Shown piece by piece: positions 38,592 to 47,830 of a stretch of 64,000 bases of DNA. Location: the IMG/VR virus record IMGVR_UViG_3300030329_006380, positions 72,484 to 136,483 of that record. The stretch is one strand, 5' to 3'. How positions within the stretch are numbered: position 1 is the stretch's first letter; each line of letters opens with the position of its first letter. The notes under the pieces are model-generated. The model ran no database searches. It was not told the origin of the DNA and was given only the letters and a program-made list of their open reading frames with translations. The DNA comes from a virus. The position numbers and the translations under genes are program-made.

Positions 38592-39280
38592 TTCTTTTTA
38601 AATTCCCTATATCGTGCGCGGAGCTTGTTAAGGTTATTGACAATCTGTTTTGTGTTAAGTCCTGTAAGTTCTCGCAAGTATAGATAAATAGCCTTTTTAT
38701 TGAAAATTTCTATTTCGTCACAGCTTTTAAGAAGTATTTTAACAGCCTCAAGTACTTTCTTTTCATTCTCCTTTAAAGAGCCAGTATCCCAAGTTTCGAT
38801 CTCCGTCCATAGGTAATGCCAGAATTCTGCTTCTTCGCGCCATGTGTCATATTCATTATATACAACCATATTATCTGATGCAGGTTCCTCCATGAAATAG
38901 TCTTCATAAAGCACCTCTCTCTTGTTTCTTTTAGAAGTTTTCTTAACCTCGTGAATAAACCAATTTTTTGTAATTACACTGAAATAGGAAAATGCCTTTG
39001 ATCCCTTGTTCGGATCATATTTGTCCAATATTGTTGTTAACCAGATTTTACAATCTTCCCGAAGACAGTCGATATTCGGAAGTGTTGTAAATTTGTAAGT
39101 ATATACGATTTTATCAACCATTTCGCTAAACACAGGCCCAATAAATTTAATATATAAATCACTTCGAATATCGGCATCTTCTGTATTAGCATATGCTACT
39201 ATTGCATCTTCATGCACTTGAGTGAAGTACTGCTTCTTCTTGCTCCGTCGGCGCCGGGTCTTCCTCTTCTTCTCTGTCAT
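38570..39280 (-). CDS. Phage RNA polymerase sigma factor (gp55-like/sigma70-related, probably late)
   Basis: 236 aa. Region-2-like LDKYDPNKGSKAFSYFSVITKNWF and a C-terminal HTH-like YLRELTGLNTKQIVNNLNKLR. SD GAGGAG. Confidence 0.7.
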   Translation of the reverse strand: MTEKKRKTRRRRSKKKQYFTQVHEDAIVAYANTEDADIRSDLYIKFIGPVFSEMVDKIVYTYKFTTLPNIDCLREDCKIWLTTILDKYDPNKGSKAFSYFSVITKNWFIHEVKKTSKRNKREVLYEDYFMEEPASDNMVVYNEYDTWREEAEFWHYLWTEIETWDTGSLKENEKKVLEAVKILLKSCDEIEIFNKKAIYLYLRELTGLNTKQIVNNLNKLRARYREFKKKWDTGKI

Positions 39281-39587
39281 CTATTAACTCCTCTGAGGTC
39301 TCTAAGTCCTCCTCGGTTAAAGAAAATATTTCTTCAAATTTATCTATCTCATCTACTAAAAATCTTGAATGCTCTAACATCGCCATAATTGTTTCATCGC
39401 CATAAAACAGTTCCATCTCAGATAACGCTGTAAGATGTTGTTTAAAATCCAAAACAACGTCCATCAAGTGGCCTATGTTTTTAGAAACAAACACTAGTTT
39501 ATCAATAGTGCCTCTTATGTACCACACCAATAATATATTTATTGCCGATGATAGAATTAACAATAAACTGATTATAAAAATAGTCAT
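39210..39587 (-). CDS. Hypothetical membrane-anchored protein
   Basis: 125 aa. N-terminal hydrophobic helix (IFIISLLLILSSAINILLVWYI) and acidic tail. Confidence 0.5.
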   Translation of the reverse strand: MTIFIISLLLILSSAINILLVWYIRGTIDKLVFVSKNIGHLMDVVLDFKQHLTALSEMELFYGDETIMAMLEHSRFLVDEIDKFEEIFSLTEEDLETSEELIDDREEEEDPAPTEQEEAVLHSSA

Positions 39588-39853
39588 TCCGGTTTATACT
39601 CCTGTTTTCTCAAATTTTGACGTTCTTCTTGTAGTTCCCCCTTTGCATCCTCAATGAATTCTCTCACGAGATCCCCTGTTCTAGTAAGTCTTGACTGTTG
39701 TTCAGATTTGGTAAAAATAGACGCTACAGGAGGAATTTTCAGCAAATTACCGTCTTCAAGGCAGTTGGGGCAACATTGATGTATATCAGACATCGAATGG
39801 CGTTTTTGGTGAACAAAATCGCATTTTTGACATTGGTATGTATATCTGGGCAT
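39584..39853 (-). CDS. FmdB-family zinc-ribbon protein
   Basis: MPRYTYQCQKC...CPNC pattern. Confidence 0.8.
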   Translation of the reverse strand: MPRYTYQCQKCDFVHQKRHSMSDIHQCCPNCLEDGNLLKIPPVASIFTKSEQQSRLTRTGDLVREFIEDAKGELQEERQNLRKQEYKPE

Positions 39854-39856
39854 GGG

Positions 39857-40042
39857 TTAATTATATTGTTCCCCTTCATCAATGTCAAATTTAACTTTAG
39901 GAGGGTTAGTTACAACTATCTCACTATTCTCATCAATTTCTAATTCAAATCCTTTAAGGGTGCGGGTTACATCTGAGCGCTCCAGTATTGCTTTCTGTAA
40001 TGCTAGCATAACTGCTCCCAGTGCTTGATCTGATAATTTCAT
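39857..40042 (-). CDS. Small hypothetical protein
   Basis: ATG 40042 after SD AAGGAG, with an ATGA overlap to the epimerase stop. Begins MKLSDQALGAVMLALQK. Confidence 0.5.
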   Translation of the reverse strand: MKLSDQALGAVMLALQKAILERSDVTRTLKGFELEIDENSEIVVTNPPKVKFDIDEGEQYN

Positions 40043-40896
40043 TCTCTCTCCTTTAATTTTTGAAAACAAGAGTTTATCCCCTGTTCAATATTTATTTTTG
40101 TTTTCCATCCCAACGACTCTAGAGGAGCAATATCTGCTCTGGTCTCCCTTACGTCTCCACTCCTCTCTGATATGCGCGAGAACGTCACATTTGGAAAATA
40201 TTTATTAACAATCGACGCTACCTCATTTAGAGATATATTACTACCAGTTGCTGTATCATAGTGGCGACCTTTGAAATTGCCCTTGTAATTCATACAGAAA
40301 ATATTAGCAGATACAACATCAGAAACATGAATCATATCTCGGCGCTGATCTCCGGCGCCAGTAATATATGGATCTTTCCCCTTTCGAATGTAATCCATAA
40401 AATTAGCAATTGCCGTTGCATATGGACCATCGACCTCCTGATCCTCTGAGTATACATTAAAGTAACGAAGAGATACTGTATCTAAGCCATAAACATCAGA
40501 ATAGTTTTTACATAAAATCTCTGGTATTAATTTTGATGCGCCATATGGGCTGGTTGGCCCATCTCCATTGCCAACTACAGATGAAGAACTAGAGTAAATC
40601 ACCCTCTTGGCACCATTCTTTCTGGCGTATTCCAGAATTCGAATTGTGGAAAGAACGTTGTTCTCTAAGACCTCCTCGGGAAATTCCATGCTATATGGAA
40701 CTCGTGGAATCGCCGCAAGGTGAAAAATGTACTCTGGTCTGAAGCACTTATATCTTTTGTGATTTAAGTCATGAATTATATCCAGCCCATCTTTTAAATC
40801 AATACCTCGAACAACGCAACCCATCTTCTTCAAGGCTTTGTAAACACGAGATCCAATATATCCTCTATATCCTGTTACTAAACATCTAATAGCCAT
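40039..40896 (-). CDS. NAD-dependent nucleotide-sugar epimerase/dehydratase
   Basis: LVTGYRGYIG Rossmann motif, YSSSSSV, SPYGASK (YxxxK), SLRYFNVY. Probable start 40896 (ORF track 40917). Confidence 0.9.
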   Translation of the reverse strand: MAIRCLVTGYRGYIGSRVYKALKKMGCVVRGIDLKDGLDIIHDLNHKRYKCFRPEYIFHLAAIPRVPYSMEFPEEVLENNVLSTIRILEYARKNGAKRVIYSSSSSVVGNGDGPTSPYGASKLIPEILCKNYSDVYGLDTVSLRYFNVYSEDQEVDGPYATAIANFMDYIRKGKDPYITGAGDQRRDMIHVSDVVSANIFCMNYKGNFKGRHYDTATGSNISLNEVASIVNKYFPNVTFSRISERSGDVRETRADIAPLESLGWKTKINIEQGINSCFQKLKERE

Positions 40897-40907
40897 ATAG
40901 TCACAAT

Positions 40908-41522
40908 TTATATCCATTTGAAGTTAATATTTTTTAAGTTCTCCTCTTGAACGCGGCGCTTAATCTCTTCTGTGGCCGGCCTCAAGGATGGAATCTTTTT
41001 CTCGTGGGTCTCAACAAAGACATAGGGGATATCATGCAAAGCCCCATTATCCAATAAATGCTCTAGGAGATCACACTCAGCACCCTCGATATCTATTTTT
41101 AAGACCTGTATATTCTTTTTAAATTTATTCTTAATTTTCTGAATTATTCGATTGAGATCAATCGTTTTGACTTCTACATAATCATCAATGTTAACGTTGC
41201 TCTTCTCACTCACCAAGGAACTCCCAGTAGAATATTTTAAAGGATCTTCTGGTGATTTCTGGTGCATATATAACTTTGAAACTCCGTCACTAGAAGAAAC
41301 TGCCGCTTTAAAACACCTTACATTGCGATTATTCTTAAATCGATTAGACAATACATCAAAAGCTCTATCATTCGGCTCATAAGCTAACACTATTGCTCCA
41401 TGATTTATAAATAAATTTGTAATATCGCCGATATTTGCACCACAATCAATAACAATATCGCCTGAGTTTATAATCACGTCAACGAGGCTATTATCTTTAA
41501 GCTTTACTTGCAACACACTCAT
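40908..41522 (-). CDS. FkbM-family methyltransferase
   Basis: VIDCGANIG, YEPN, LKIDIEGAECD. Confidence 0.85.
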   Translation of the reverse strand: MSVLQVKLKDNSLVDVIINSGDIVIDCGANIGDITNLFINHGAIVLAYEPNDRAFDVLSNRFKNNRNVRCFKAAVSSSDGVSKLYMHQKSPEDPLKYSTGSSLVSEKSNVNIDDYVEVKTIDLNRIIQKIKNKFKKNIQVLKIDIEGAECDLLEHLLDNGALHDIPYVFVETHEKKIPSLRPATEEIKRRVQEENLKNINFKWI

Positions 41523-42412
41523 TGTTTCTCCCGCGATATCATCATACTTCTGGCTATTTTTTTAGTATACCCGTTGAGCCATGGCTCTAAGTTTTCTCTA
41601 CAGGTTATAGCTATAGCATCTTCGTTTTTAATATTTTCATAAATGCCACGATTGAATCCATCTGTCTGGACGATATGGGTTGGTTTATACCCCAGTTTTG
41701 CAAAGAGTTCAGGTTGTGGTCTGGGCGTTGCAACAATGTAGCTACACCTAAAACCGATATCAAAATATTTTCTCAAAATATTTTCAAAATCATTGTTTTC
41801 TGAATATTCTGACGGGTGGATTTCCAAAAGTATGTGAGTTTCCCCCATATTTTTTTTAAAATATTCATACCCTCCGTTAAAGACTGACACCTCGTGACCC
41901 TCAATATCCATTTTTATGAAATTGGGGTATCTTCTATTTTGAAAAAATGTTTCTAGTGTGAAGCATTCAACTGTCTCTTCCCTCACACTGTGTTTGGTTT
42001 TATTAATACTGTTTAAGTTTGGCTGTCGTGCAATCCAAAAAGATGATTCCCCATCATGGTCGGATATTAAACACTTATTAAGCTCGCAACGATCTGGTGT
42101 TAGATATCCATTTTTTTTAATATTTGTTTTTAAAAATTTCAAATTATGGGCGTCAGGCTCAATGGCGTAAACAAAGCCAGAAAACCCACTATTCCTGAGC
42201 ATGATCATTGTAGCGTAGCCTATATTGGCGCCCAGATCTAAACATGTCATACCAGGCTTGACCGTCTTATTCATGATAGCCATAAAGGCGCACTCTCGTG
42301 AAAAAGAAAAACCTTTGCCATCAGTGTGCGAATAATACAGAGTGCTTCCAATACCGCCATCATTAATGTCTAGAATCCATTTAAAATCATCAACTTCTTT
42401 TCTATATAACAT
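41519..42412 (-). CDS. FkbM-family methyltransferase
   Basis: CLDLGANIGY, AIEPD, FIKMDIEGHE. Probable start 42412 (ORF track 42424). Confidence 0.85.
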   Translation of the reverse strand: MLYRKEVDDFKWILDINDGGIGSTLYYSHTDGKGFSFSRECAFMAIMNKTVKPGMTCLDLGANIGYATMIMLRNSGFSGFVYAIEPDAHNLKFLKTNIKKNGYLTPDRCELNKCLISDHDGESSFWIARQPNLNSINKTKHSVREETVECFTLETFFQNRRYPNFIKMDIEGHEVSVFNGGYEYFKKNMGETHILLEIHPSEYSENNDFENILRKYFDIGFRCSYIVATPRPQPELFAKLGYKPTHIVQTDGFNRGIYENIKNEDAIAITCRENLEPWLNGYTKKIARSMMISREKQ

Positions 42413-43544
42413 CACTACCCCCACTAGAATCTATCACACAATAATTAATATTCTCTTGTTCCAGTGCATAAAAAAGATTCTGATATGAAAAAGGATAATT
42501 GTCTAAATGTTGATTTATTGAGTTCCCTCTCTTATTCTTTACTCGATTCAAAAGTCTCTCTCGATGAATATACGGCTTTACGTAGCATATAATCGCAGTT
42601 GCATCTTTATCCCGCAGTATCCTTACCCACTCATTAATGTTCGGCTTAAACCCACTAAGCGATTTGTAATTCGGAGCAATATATATCACAGGATAGTCAT
42701 CTGTAAACGTTGTTATATTTTTCCCATATTTTAGCGATCTCCCCTCACCATCAAAAACCTTGTTTTTAATGATATTCTCCCCCTTGTATTCTACTGGTAT
42801 ATTATAAAAATCATGCAAGAGCCTCGTTTTCCCAGAAGCGCCGGGACCAATTACAATCCCCCTCTTAAGATTTCGAACCGATTCTAAATCACTAAAAAAT
42901 ATTTTTCTTTTTTGAAAAATGCAAACATATCTCTCTGGGCCCATAAAGCTTTCTTGATTATCACTAGCCTGTTTAATTAACAAGTCATAATTTCTCTCCC
43001 GAAGAAAGGAGATTATATCCTGTAGGTTTAGATTTCCTTCAAACTTAACTTCCTTACCTATATCTCTCTCGTAGGCGTCATAGAATCCAAATAATGGAGC
43101 TTCTATGCAGATCATATCATTCGATAGTTCTGCTACTAAGTCCAATATCTTGTAAGGAGTCTGTACGTGATGTAAAATATTTAATAAGAATATACAATCA
43201 TATGATTCTTTCGTTTCACTTAAAAATGGTTCAAGTTTAGATAATATAAAATTTATATTATCGATATTATTTTTTTCAGCAATATCGATTCCAATATTTA
43301 ATTTTTTATCATCGATATCAACCGCGGTACCTTTTAATATTTTATCTTGTATATTAAACAAAATTGCGCCGGCGGCGGTACCCAAATCTAAAACACTTTT
43401 ATTATTAAAATAATCACCACCAAACATATCAATAATATAATTAGGTGTTCTATTTTTGTCGCCATCTTTCCCCATATAAACCCTGTCACCTATCTGTATA
43501 TGTCTATAGGTTTTTTGTGGGTATGCTATATTCTTTTTACCCAT
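42402..43544 (-). CDS. Class I SAM methyltransferase fused to a P-loop domain
   Basis: VLDLGTAAG...YDCIFLLNILHH in the N-half; IVIGPGASGKT Walker A in the C-half. Confidence 0.7.
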   Translation of the reverse strand: MGKKNIAYPQKTYRHIQIGDRVYMGKDGDKNRTPNYIIDMFGGDYFNNKSVLDLGTAAGAILFNIQDKILKGTAVDIDDKKLNIGIDIAEKNNIDNINFILSKLEPFLSETKESYDCIFLLNILHHVQTPYKILDLVAELSNDMICIEAPLFGFYDAYERDIGKEVKFEGNLNLQDIISFLRERNYDLLIKQASDNQESFMGPERYVCIFQKRKIFFSDLESVRNLKRGIVIGPGASGKTRLLHDFYNIPVEYKGENIIKNKVFDGEGRSLKYGKNITTFTDDYPVIYIAPNYKSLSGFKPNINEWVRILRDKDATAIICYVKPYIHRERLLNRVKNKRGNSINQHLDNYPFSYQNLFYALEQENINYCVIDSSGGSDVI

Positions 43545-44418
43545 CGTTCACCCCATTTTGTTTTTTTATAAATTCTTCTAAATCAATAACATCTTTTGAG
43601 TATTTTTCATTAGCAAATTTCTTCCATAAATTTATTCTATGATTTAAATTTTTTCGTTGTGAATCTGTAAGCATGTATATTCCATTGTTGATAAAATTGT
43701 GATATCTATTTTCCTTTTCAGTCTTTGTAATGATTGTATTTTGCACTCCCTTGAAGTGCTGTATACACGTTCCATCAAACCAATCAGATTTTGGATTTGA
43801 TCTGTTCAGATAATCACAATGTATTGCCAAAAATCTTATACCTCTTTCATCAAATTTGAAATAGTCATCCCTAGAAGAGGACAACACACTATTAACAAAT
43901 TTAGAGTCTCTATTTATTAAATTTATAAAAGTATACTGGTCATTTTGATTCCTTTTTATATCAGCAATCATATTAGATTCATAATCTTCAAAAAATTTAA
44001 GAGCTTTTTCATTTCTCCTGACAAGCATAACTCCACTGTTAATCCACTGTGGAAGACTATGCCTCCAAGTAAAAATAAAGTCTGCGGCGTTCTCCTCCGC
44101 CATTTTTATAAAGCTATCAATATTTTTCAACAAAGCAGTATCGTTATCCATAAACAAAACCCATTCACTATCTGCTTCTTTAAAACCCTGATTCCAGCAA
44201 ATAATTTTTAAACTCCCAGGTGAAATTCTAACAAATCCTATTTCATCTCTAAGCTTATTAATTCTATCTTCATCTGTTGGAGTGTCTTTTCCAACAACAT
44301 TGATTTTCATTTCTGGATAAATAGCCTTTACACTATTTTTTAATGATCCGACATAAGGATCACAGCAAGTTCCGAATGAACTTGCTACAACTGATATTTT
44401 ATCTTTTGTTATTGCCAT
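43537..44418 (-). CDS. GT-A fold glycosyltransferase (nucleotide-diphospho-sugar transferase-like)
   Basis: WVLFMDND (DxD), INSGVMLV, NDQ. Start 44418 after SD GGAG (ORF track 44496). Confidence 0.7.
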   Translation of the reverse strand: MAITKDKISVVASSFGTCCDPYVGSLKNSVKAIYPEMKINVVGKDTPTDEDRINKLRDEIGFVRISPGSLKIICWNQGFKEADSEWVLFMDNDTALLKNIDSFIKMAEENAADFIFTWRHSLPQWINSGVMLVRRNEKALKFFEDYESNMIADIKRNQNDQYTFINLINRDSKFVNSVLSSSRDDYFKFDERGIRFLAIHCDYLNRSNPKSDWFDGTCIQHFKGVQNTIITKTEKENRYHNFINNGIYMLTDSQRKNLNHRINLWKKFANEKYSKDVIDLEEFIKKQNGVNDG

Positions 44419-44419
44419 A

Positions 44420-45016
44420 TTATTTTCTCCAGTTATTATTTTTGTTAAGGTATTCATTTGGATTATAAGACTTAATCGGTGTTTTCCAGTCGCCATAATA
44501 AAATGTCAAATATTCTTCTGCGGGACCAGGAAGAATAAAATCTCTGCCCCTGAAATTAAATTTCTCGCCATTGTTATAATATTTATTAGGGAATTTCTGT
44601 TGTAAGTCACATCGATATCCCATGCCATTATCATAAAGAGCACTAGTTGCAATTTTGATGCCGTGTTTAAAAAATGCCATTTTGCTAGTTTTTCCCCTGA
44701 ATGTGGCGCGGGTGATGAATCCATGACTAATAAACGTCTCCTTAATTTCTTCAAAACGTGGTACATAAACCTCAGAAAAAATCTCAATATCAATTTCATC
44801 ATCCCATGAGATAAAATCCCCATCGCGATAAAACCCTAAAGCGGTACCGCAAGACAAAAAATATTTTATTCCCAATTCTCTAAAGATATCATCAACCTCT
44901 AAAAGTGCTAACGATGCTGCTTCCCTATCCATACCTTTGTTGGGTACATGATAATTGTGCCTCACTTTTCGCCATTCCTCAGTTGATAAAAGACTTATTA
45001 TTTCATTTTGTTTCAT
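44420..45016 (-). CDS. licD: LicD-family phosphotransferase
   Basis: YFLSCGTALGFYRDGDFISWDDEIDI is the LicD/fukutin motif; FYYGDWKTP tail. Confidence 0.85.
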   Translation of the reverse strand: MKQNEIISLLSTEEWRKVRHNYHVPNKGMDREAASLALLEVDDIFRELGIKYFLSCGTALGFYRDGDFISWDDEIDIEIFSEVYVPRFEEIKETFISHGFITRATFRGKTSKMAFFKHGIKIATSALYDNGMGYRCDLQQKFPNKYYNNGEKFNFRGRDFILPGPAEEYLTFYYGDWKTPIKSYNPNEYLNKNNNWRK

Positions 45017-45603
45017 ATATACAGACTCCTGTTAAAGTAATTTTCTTTCGACGGAGTATTCCAATCTTTACCATATGTATGTTCTACATATCCCAGTACA
45101 TCAGGAGCCTGGAAATTCATATTTTTAAAAATTATATTTTGACCTCTCTCGTATAAACTGGCTGGCCATTTGTACCTATACCTATAGCGTATTTTTTTGA
45201 CCGGATTTAAATAAAGGGCAGCGATGCCGACTTTTTCACCAGAATGATAAGCATTAATCTTCATATTGGGGTACTCTCTAATCCCCCTAGTGATATATCC
45301 TAAGTGAGTTAATTTGTTTTTTATAGTATCAAATTTAGGTATCAATTGTTCTGCAAAGACGTCCATATCTACATCGGGATCCCACTGGATGAAGTCGCCT
45401 TCTCTTAGATAACCCAATAGAGTGCCGCCGGAAAGAAACAAATCTACACCTTCCTCTGATAATATTTTTTTAAAATTTGCCATTATTTCCATTCTTGCGT
45501 TGAAATTGTAATTTGGAAACGAATTCAAGAGCGCATCTTTGTTCTTCTTTTTATATCTAATCCACTCCGAATGTGACATACTGCTAATCTCAATATTATT
45601 CAT
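45013..45603 (-). CDS. licD: LicD-family phosphotransferase (tandem paralog)
   Basis: LFLSGGTLLGYLREGDFIQWDPDVDM; TYGKDWNTP tail. Confidence 0.85.
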   Translation of the reverse strand: MNNIEISSMSHSEWIRYKKKNKDALLNSFPNYNFNARMEIMANFKKILSEEGVDLFLSGGTLLGYLREGDFIQWDPDVDMDVFAEQLIPKFDTIKNKLTHLGYITRGIREYPNMKINAYHSGEKVGIAALYLNPVKKIRYRYRYKWPASLYERGQNIIFKNMNFQAPDVLGYVEHTYGKDWNTPSKENYFNRSLYI

Positions 45604-46003
45604 AATCCTCTTTTATTCTCTCAATGATAGCGGTCGTAGAGACATGCTTAGTTCTAGGTACATATTTCATAATACCCATTTTTATTGGTACTGCCTGCTG
45701 TCTTAGGAGTTCGGGCGTGATATCATCGCCCCTAACAACATAGTCAATTTTGTTCTCCCCTAAGAACTGTTCGGTCATGATAAGAGGTGCTGCCTCTATT
45801 ACTTCATCGACATATCTACAAGCGCGGACCAATTCATATCTCTGTGACTCATTGATGATAGGTACTCTTTTATAACTAGCAATATCAGCATCTGAGTGGA
45901 CACCAACAATCAAATAGTCTCCTTGTTCGCGCGCCCTCTTAATCAGATTTAAGTGACCCAAGTGGAATAAATCTGCTGCCATATCAGTGTATATACGTAT
46001 CAT
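45596..46003 (-). CDS. Cytidylyltransferase (TagD/ethanolamine-phosphate CT-like), probable AEP-activating enzyme
   Basis: DLFHLGHLN (HxGH), LIVGVHSD, YKRVPI, RYVDEVI, VSTTAII. Confidence 0.85.
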   Translation of the reverse strand: MIRIYTDMAADLFHLGHLNLIKRAREQGDYLIVGVHSDADIASYKRVPIINESQRYELVRACRYVDEVIEAAPLIMTEQFLGENKIDYVVRGDDITPELLRQQAVPIKMGIMKYVPRTKHVSTTAIIERIKEDYE

Positions 46004-46004
46004 C

Positions 46005-46988
46005 TTATACTGTGTCCTTAAAGGCTTTAACTATTTTTTTAAATTTGATATCAAAATCCACGCTCATTGTCGCGACTCTGAAGCTACGGTCTACGCCATC
46101 AACACCCGAGTAAATAACAATCTTGCGACTCAATAGAAAATCATGTAATTTTTTGTATCCCATTCTAGGATGTTTAAATGCAATTATTGAATTCGCCGGA
46201 TTAGAATTAATACACTCGATTCCGATAGATGACATAGCGGATATTAATTTTTCTCTTCGAAGGTTAAATATTTTTTCATTTTCCAAGCTTTGGTCAACAG
46301 TATATTCTAAAGCATATACCGATTGTGTTGGCAGCGTAAAAGGCAAATGACCCAATTGATACTTCGAAAGATTTCCATAATAAGATCGATCAAAAATCTG
46401 CATCTCTTTATTCCACAACACTATTCCTAAGCCCGGAGTTGACTGTAGGCACTTGTTACTACAAAAAGACAATGCCGCTATCCTATGACCAAGTTTTTTA
46501 TAGTCGGAGGCGCCAAAAGCAGAGGTGGCATCAATAATAAATTTAGCCTCTGGGTAGATCTTGCACATCTTCTCTAGAGAATAATGCTCCCCTGTAGAAG
46601 TCTCATTTTCAACATAATAAACATACTTAACATCTCTATTTTCAACCAAATCATCAACTATTCTAGAGTTGACCTGCGCGCACTGAATGTTATATGTTTT
46701 GAAAATTTCCATTGCACGTTGACCATACTTGCCGGCGTTGACAACAAGCGTATCATTTGGTGCCAGTGAAGATATCATGGCTTCCATTGCCGCTGTTCCG
46801 GATCCACAAAGAATTGCGATTCGGCCGGCCGATGAAAATTTTACAGCACTTAAAAGTTTCTCCTGTAGTGATCTGAGTACTGCCTTGAAGGTGTCTTCTC
46901 TATGACAAATATCACTGCCCAGCCACTGCTTTATTTTAGTCAGAAACCTAGTATTTGTAGGTCCGGGATTCAATAGGATATCAGACAT
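46005..46988 (-). CDS. aepZ: 2-aminoethylphosphonate transaminase (class V PLP, PhnW/AepZ-like)
   Basis: LLNPGP, CHRE, GSGTAAME, YGQR, ENETSTG, IDATSAFG, SNKC (PLP lysine). Adjacent to the ppd and pepM genes. Confidence 0.8.
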   Translation of the reverse strand: MSDILLNPGPTNTRFLTKIKQWLGSDICHREDTFKAVLRSLQEKLLSAVKFSSAGRIAILCGSGTAAMEAMISSLAPNDTLVVNAGKYGQRAMEIFKTYNIQCAQVNSRIVDDLVENRDVKYVYYVENETSTGEHYSLEKMCKIYPEAKFIIDATSAFGASDYKKLGHRIAALSFCSNKCLQSTPGLGIVLWNKEMQIFDRSYYGNLSKYQLGHLPFTLPTQSVYALEYTVDQSLENEKIFNLRREKLISAMSSIGIECINSNPANSIIAFKHPRMGYKKLHDFLLSRKIVIYSGVDGVDRSFRVATMSVDFDIKFKKIVKAFKDTV

Positions 46989-47445
46989 TCAAAAAACTCC
47001 GGAGATTCTCAATATTCTCTTTACATGAGAGGCCAACACGAGGAGTTTTACCATCATTGGAAATTTTTATAATCTCGTTAACGCCAACATAATTAAGCTC
47101 CAAGTCAGAGCATTTATACTCGCCAACTGACTCGTGGCAACCATTATCCAGTACGTAAATATATAGATTACCGAGGGCCTCATCCCTAATGGTATGGGTA
47201 ATCCCCAGATGCATAAGAAGTGATGCATCACCCACAAATACTACAACATCTTTATCAATATTCCTTGCAGCCCCCAGCCCTATTGCCGGTGAAAGACCCA
47301 TACTGCCTTGCATATAAAGAATATTTTTATTATCCGGGTATATATTATATATTGCGCGGGACAAATACCCAGTATTCGTAATATATAAAGAATTCTCTCC
47401 GTGTCTTTCAAAAATATTTTTTATCGCTTCCTCTCTACTTAGCAT
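46981..47445 (-). CDS. ppd: Phosphonopyruvate decarboxylase, C-terminal (TPP-binding) subunit
   Basis: YMQGSMG, VGDASLLMHLG...LDNGCHESVG TPP motif. Probable ATG 47445. Confidence 0.8.
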   Translation of the reverse strand: MLSREEAIKNIFERHGENSLYITNTGYLSRAIYNIYPDNKNILYMQGSMGLSPAIGLGAARNIDKDVVVFVGDASLLMHLGITHTIRDEALGNLYIYVLDNGCHESVGEYKCSDLELNYVGVNEIIKISNDGKTPRVGLSCKENIENLRSFLNV

Positions 47446-47830
47446 TATTTTCACCACATATCAAAATATAATTTGAGTAACCAATTAAATCCAAGATCTT
47501 TTGATCAACCTCCCCCATCACTTTGTGTTGAGGAAGCGTGTGTCTGTGTCCAATTATCAACAATGGTTCAATACCAAAGGGGATACACAAACTAGTCAAG
47601 GGATTAATACAATTTCCCAGTCCAGAATTCTGTAAATATACACATGGTTTCTTGCCGGCTAGGGCTGCGCCGAAAGCTATAGCTACCGCCTGCGATTCAT
47701 GTACCGCTATTATATTTGGCACACCAGATGCAAGGATATCATTTTGGAAATTCTTTAAAGCACTGTCCGGAACACCGGTGAAAAAATCGTATCCCTGTTT
47801 AGATAATCTTGAATAGAGGTCATGATCCAT
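47435..47830 (-). CDS. ppd: Phosphonopyruvate decarboxylase, N-terminal subunit
   Basis: FFTGVPDSALK, HESQAVAIAFG, YLQNSGLGNCINPLTSL, PQHKVMG are classic Ppd/ComD motifs. Confidence 0.85.
   Translation of the reverse strand: MDHDLYSRLSKQGYDFFTGVPDSALKNFQNDILASGVPNIIAVHESQAVAIAFGAALAGKKPCVYLQNSGLGNCINPLTSLCIPFGIEPLLIIGHRHTLPQHKVMGEVDQKILDLIGYSNYILICGENNAK

Noticed and set aside
46981-47830. Coenzyme M sulfopyruvate decarboxylase (comDE)
   Set aside because: No ComA/ComB/ComC is present. The neighbours are a PEPM-family enzyme and an AEP transaminase, which fits phosphonopyruvate.
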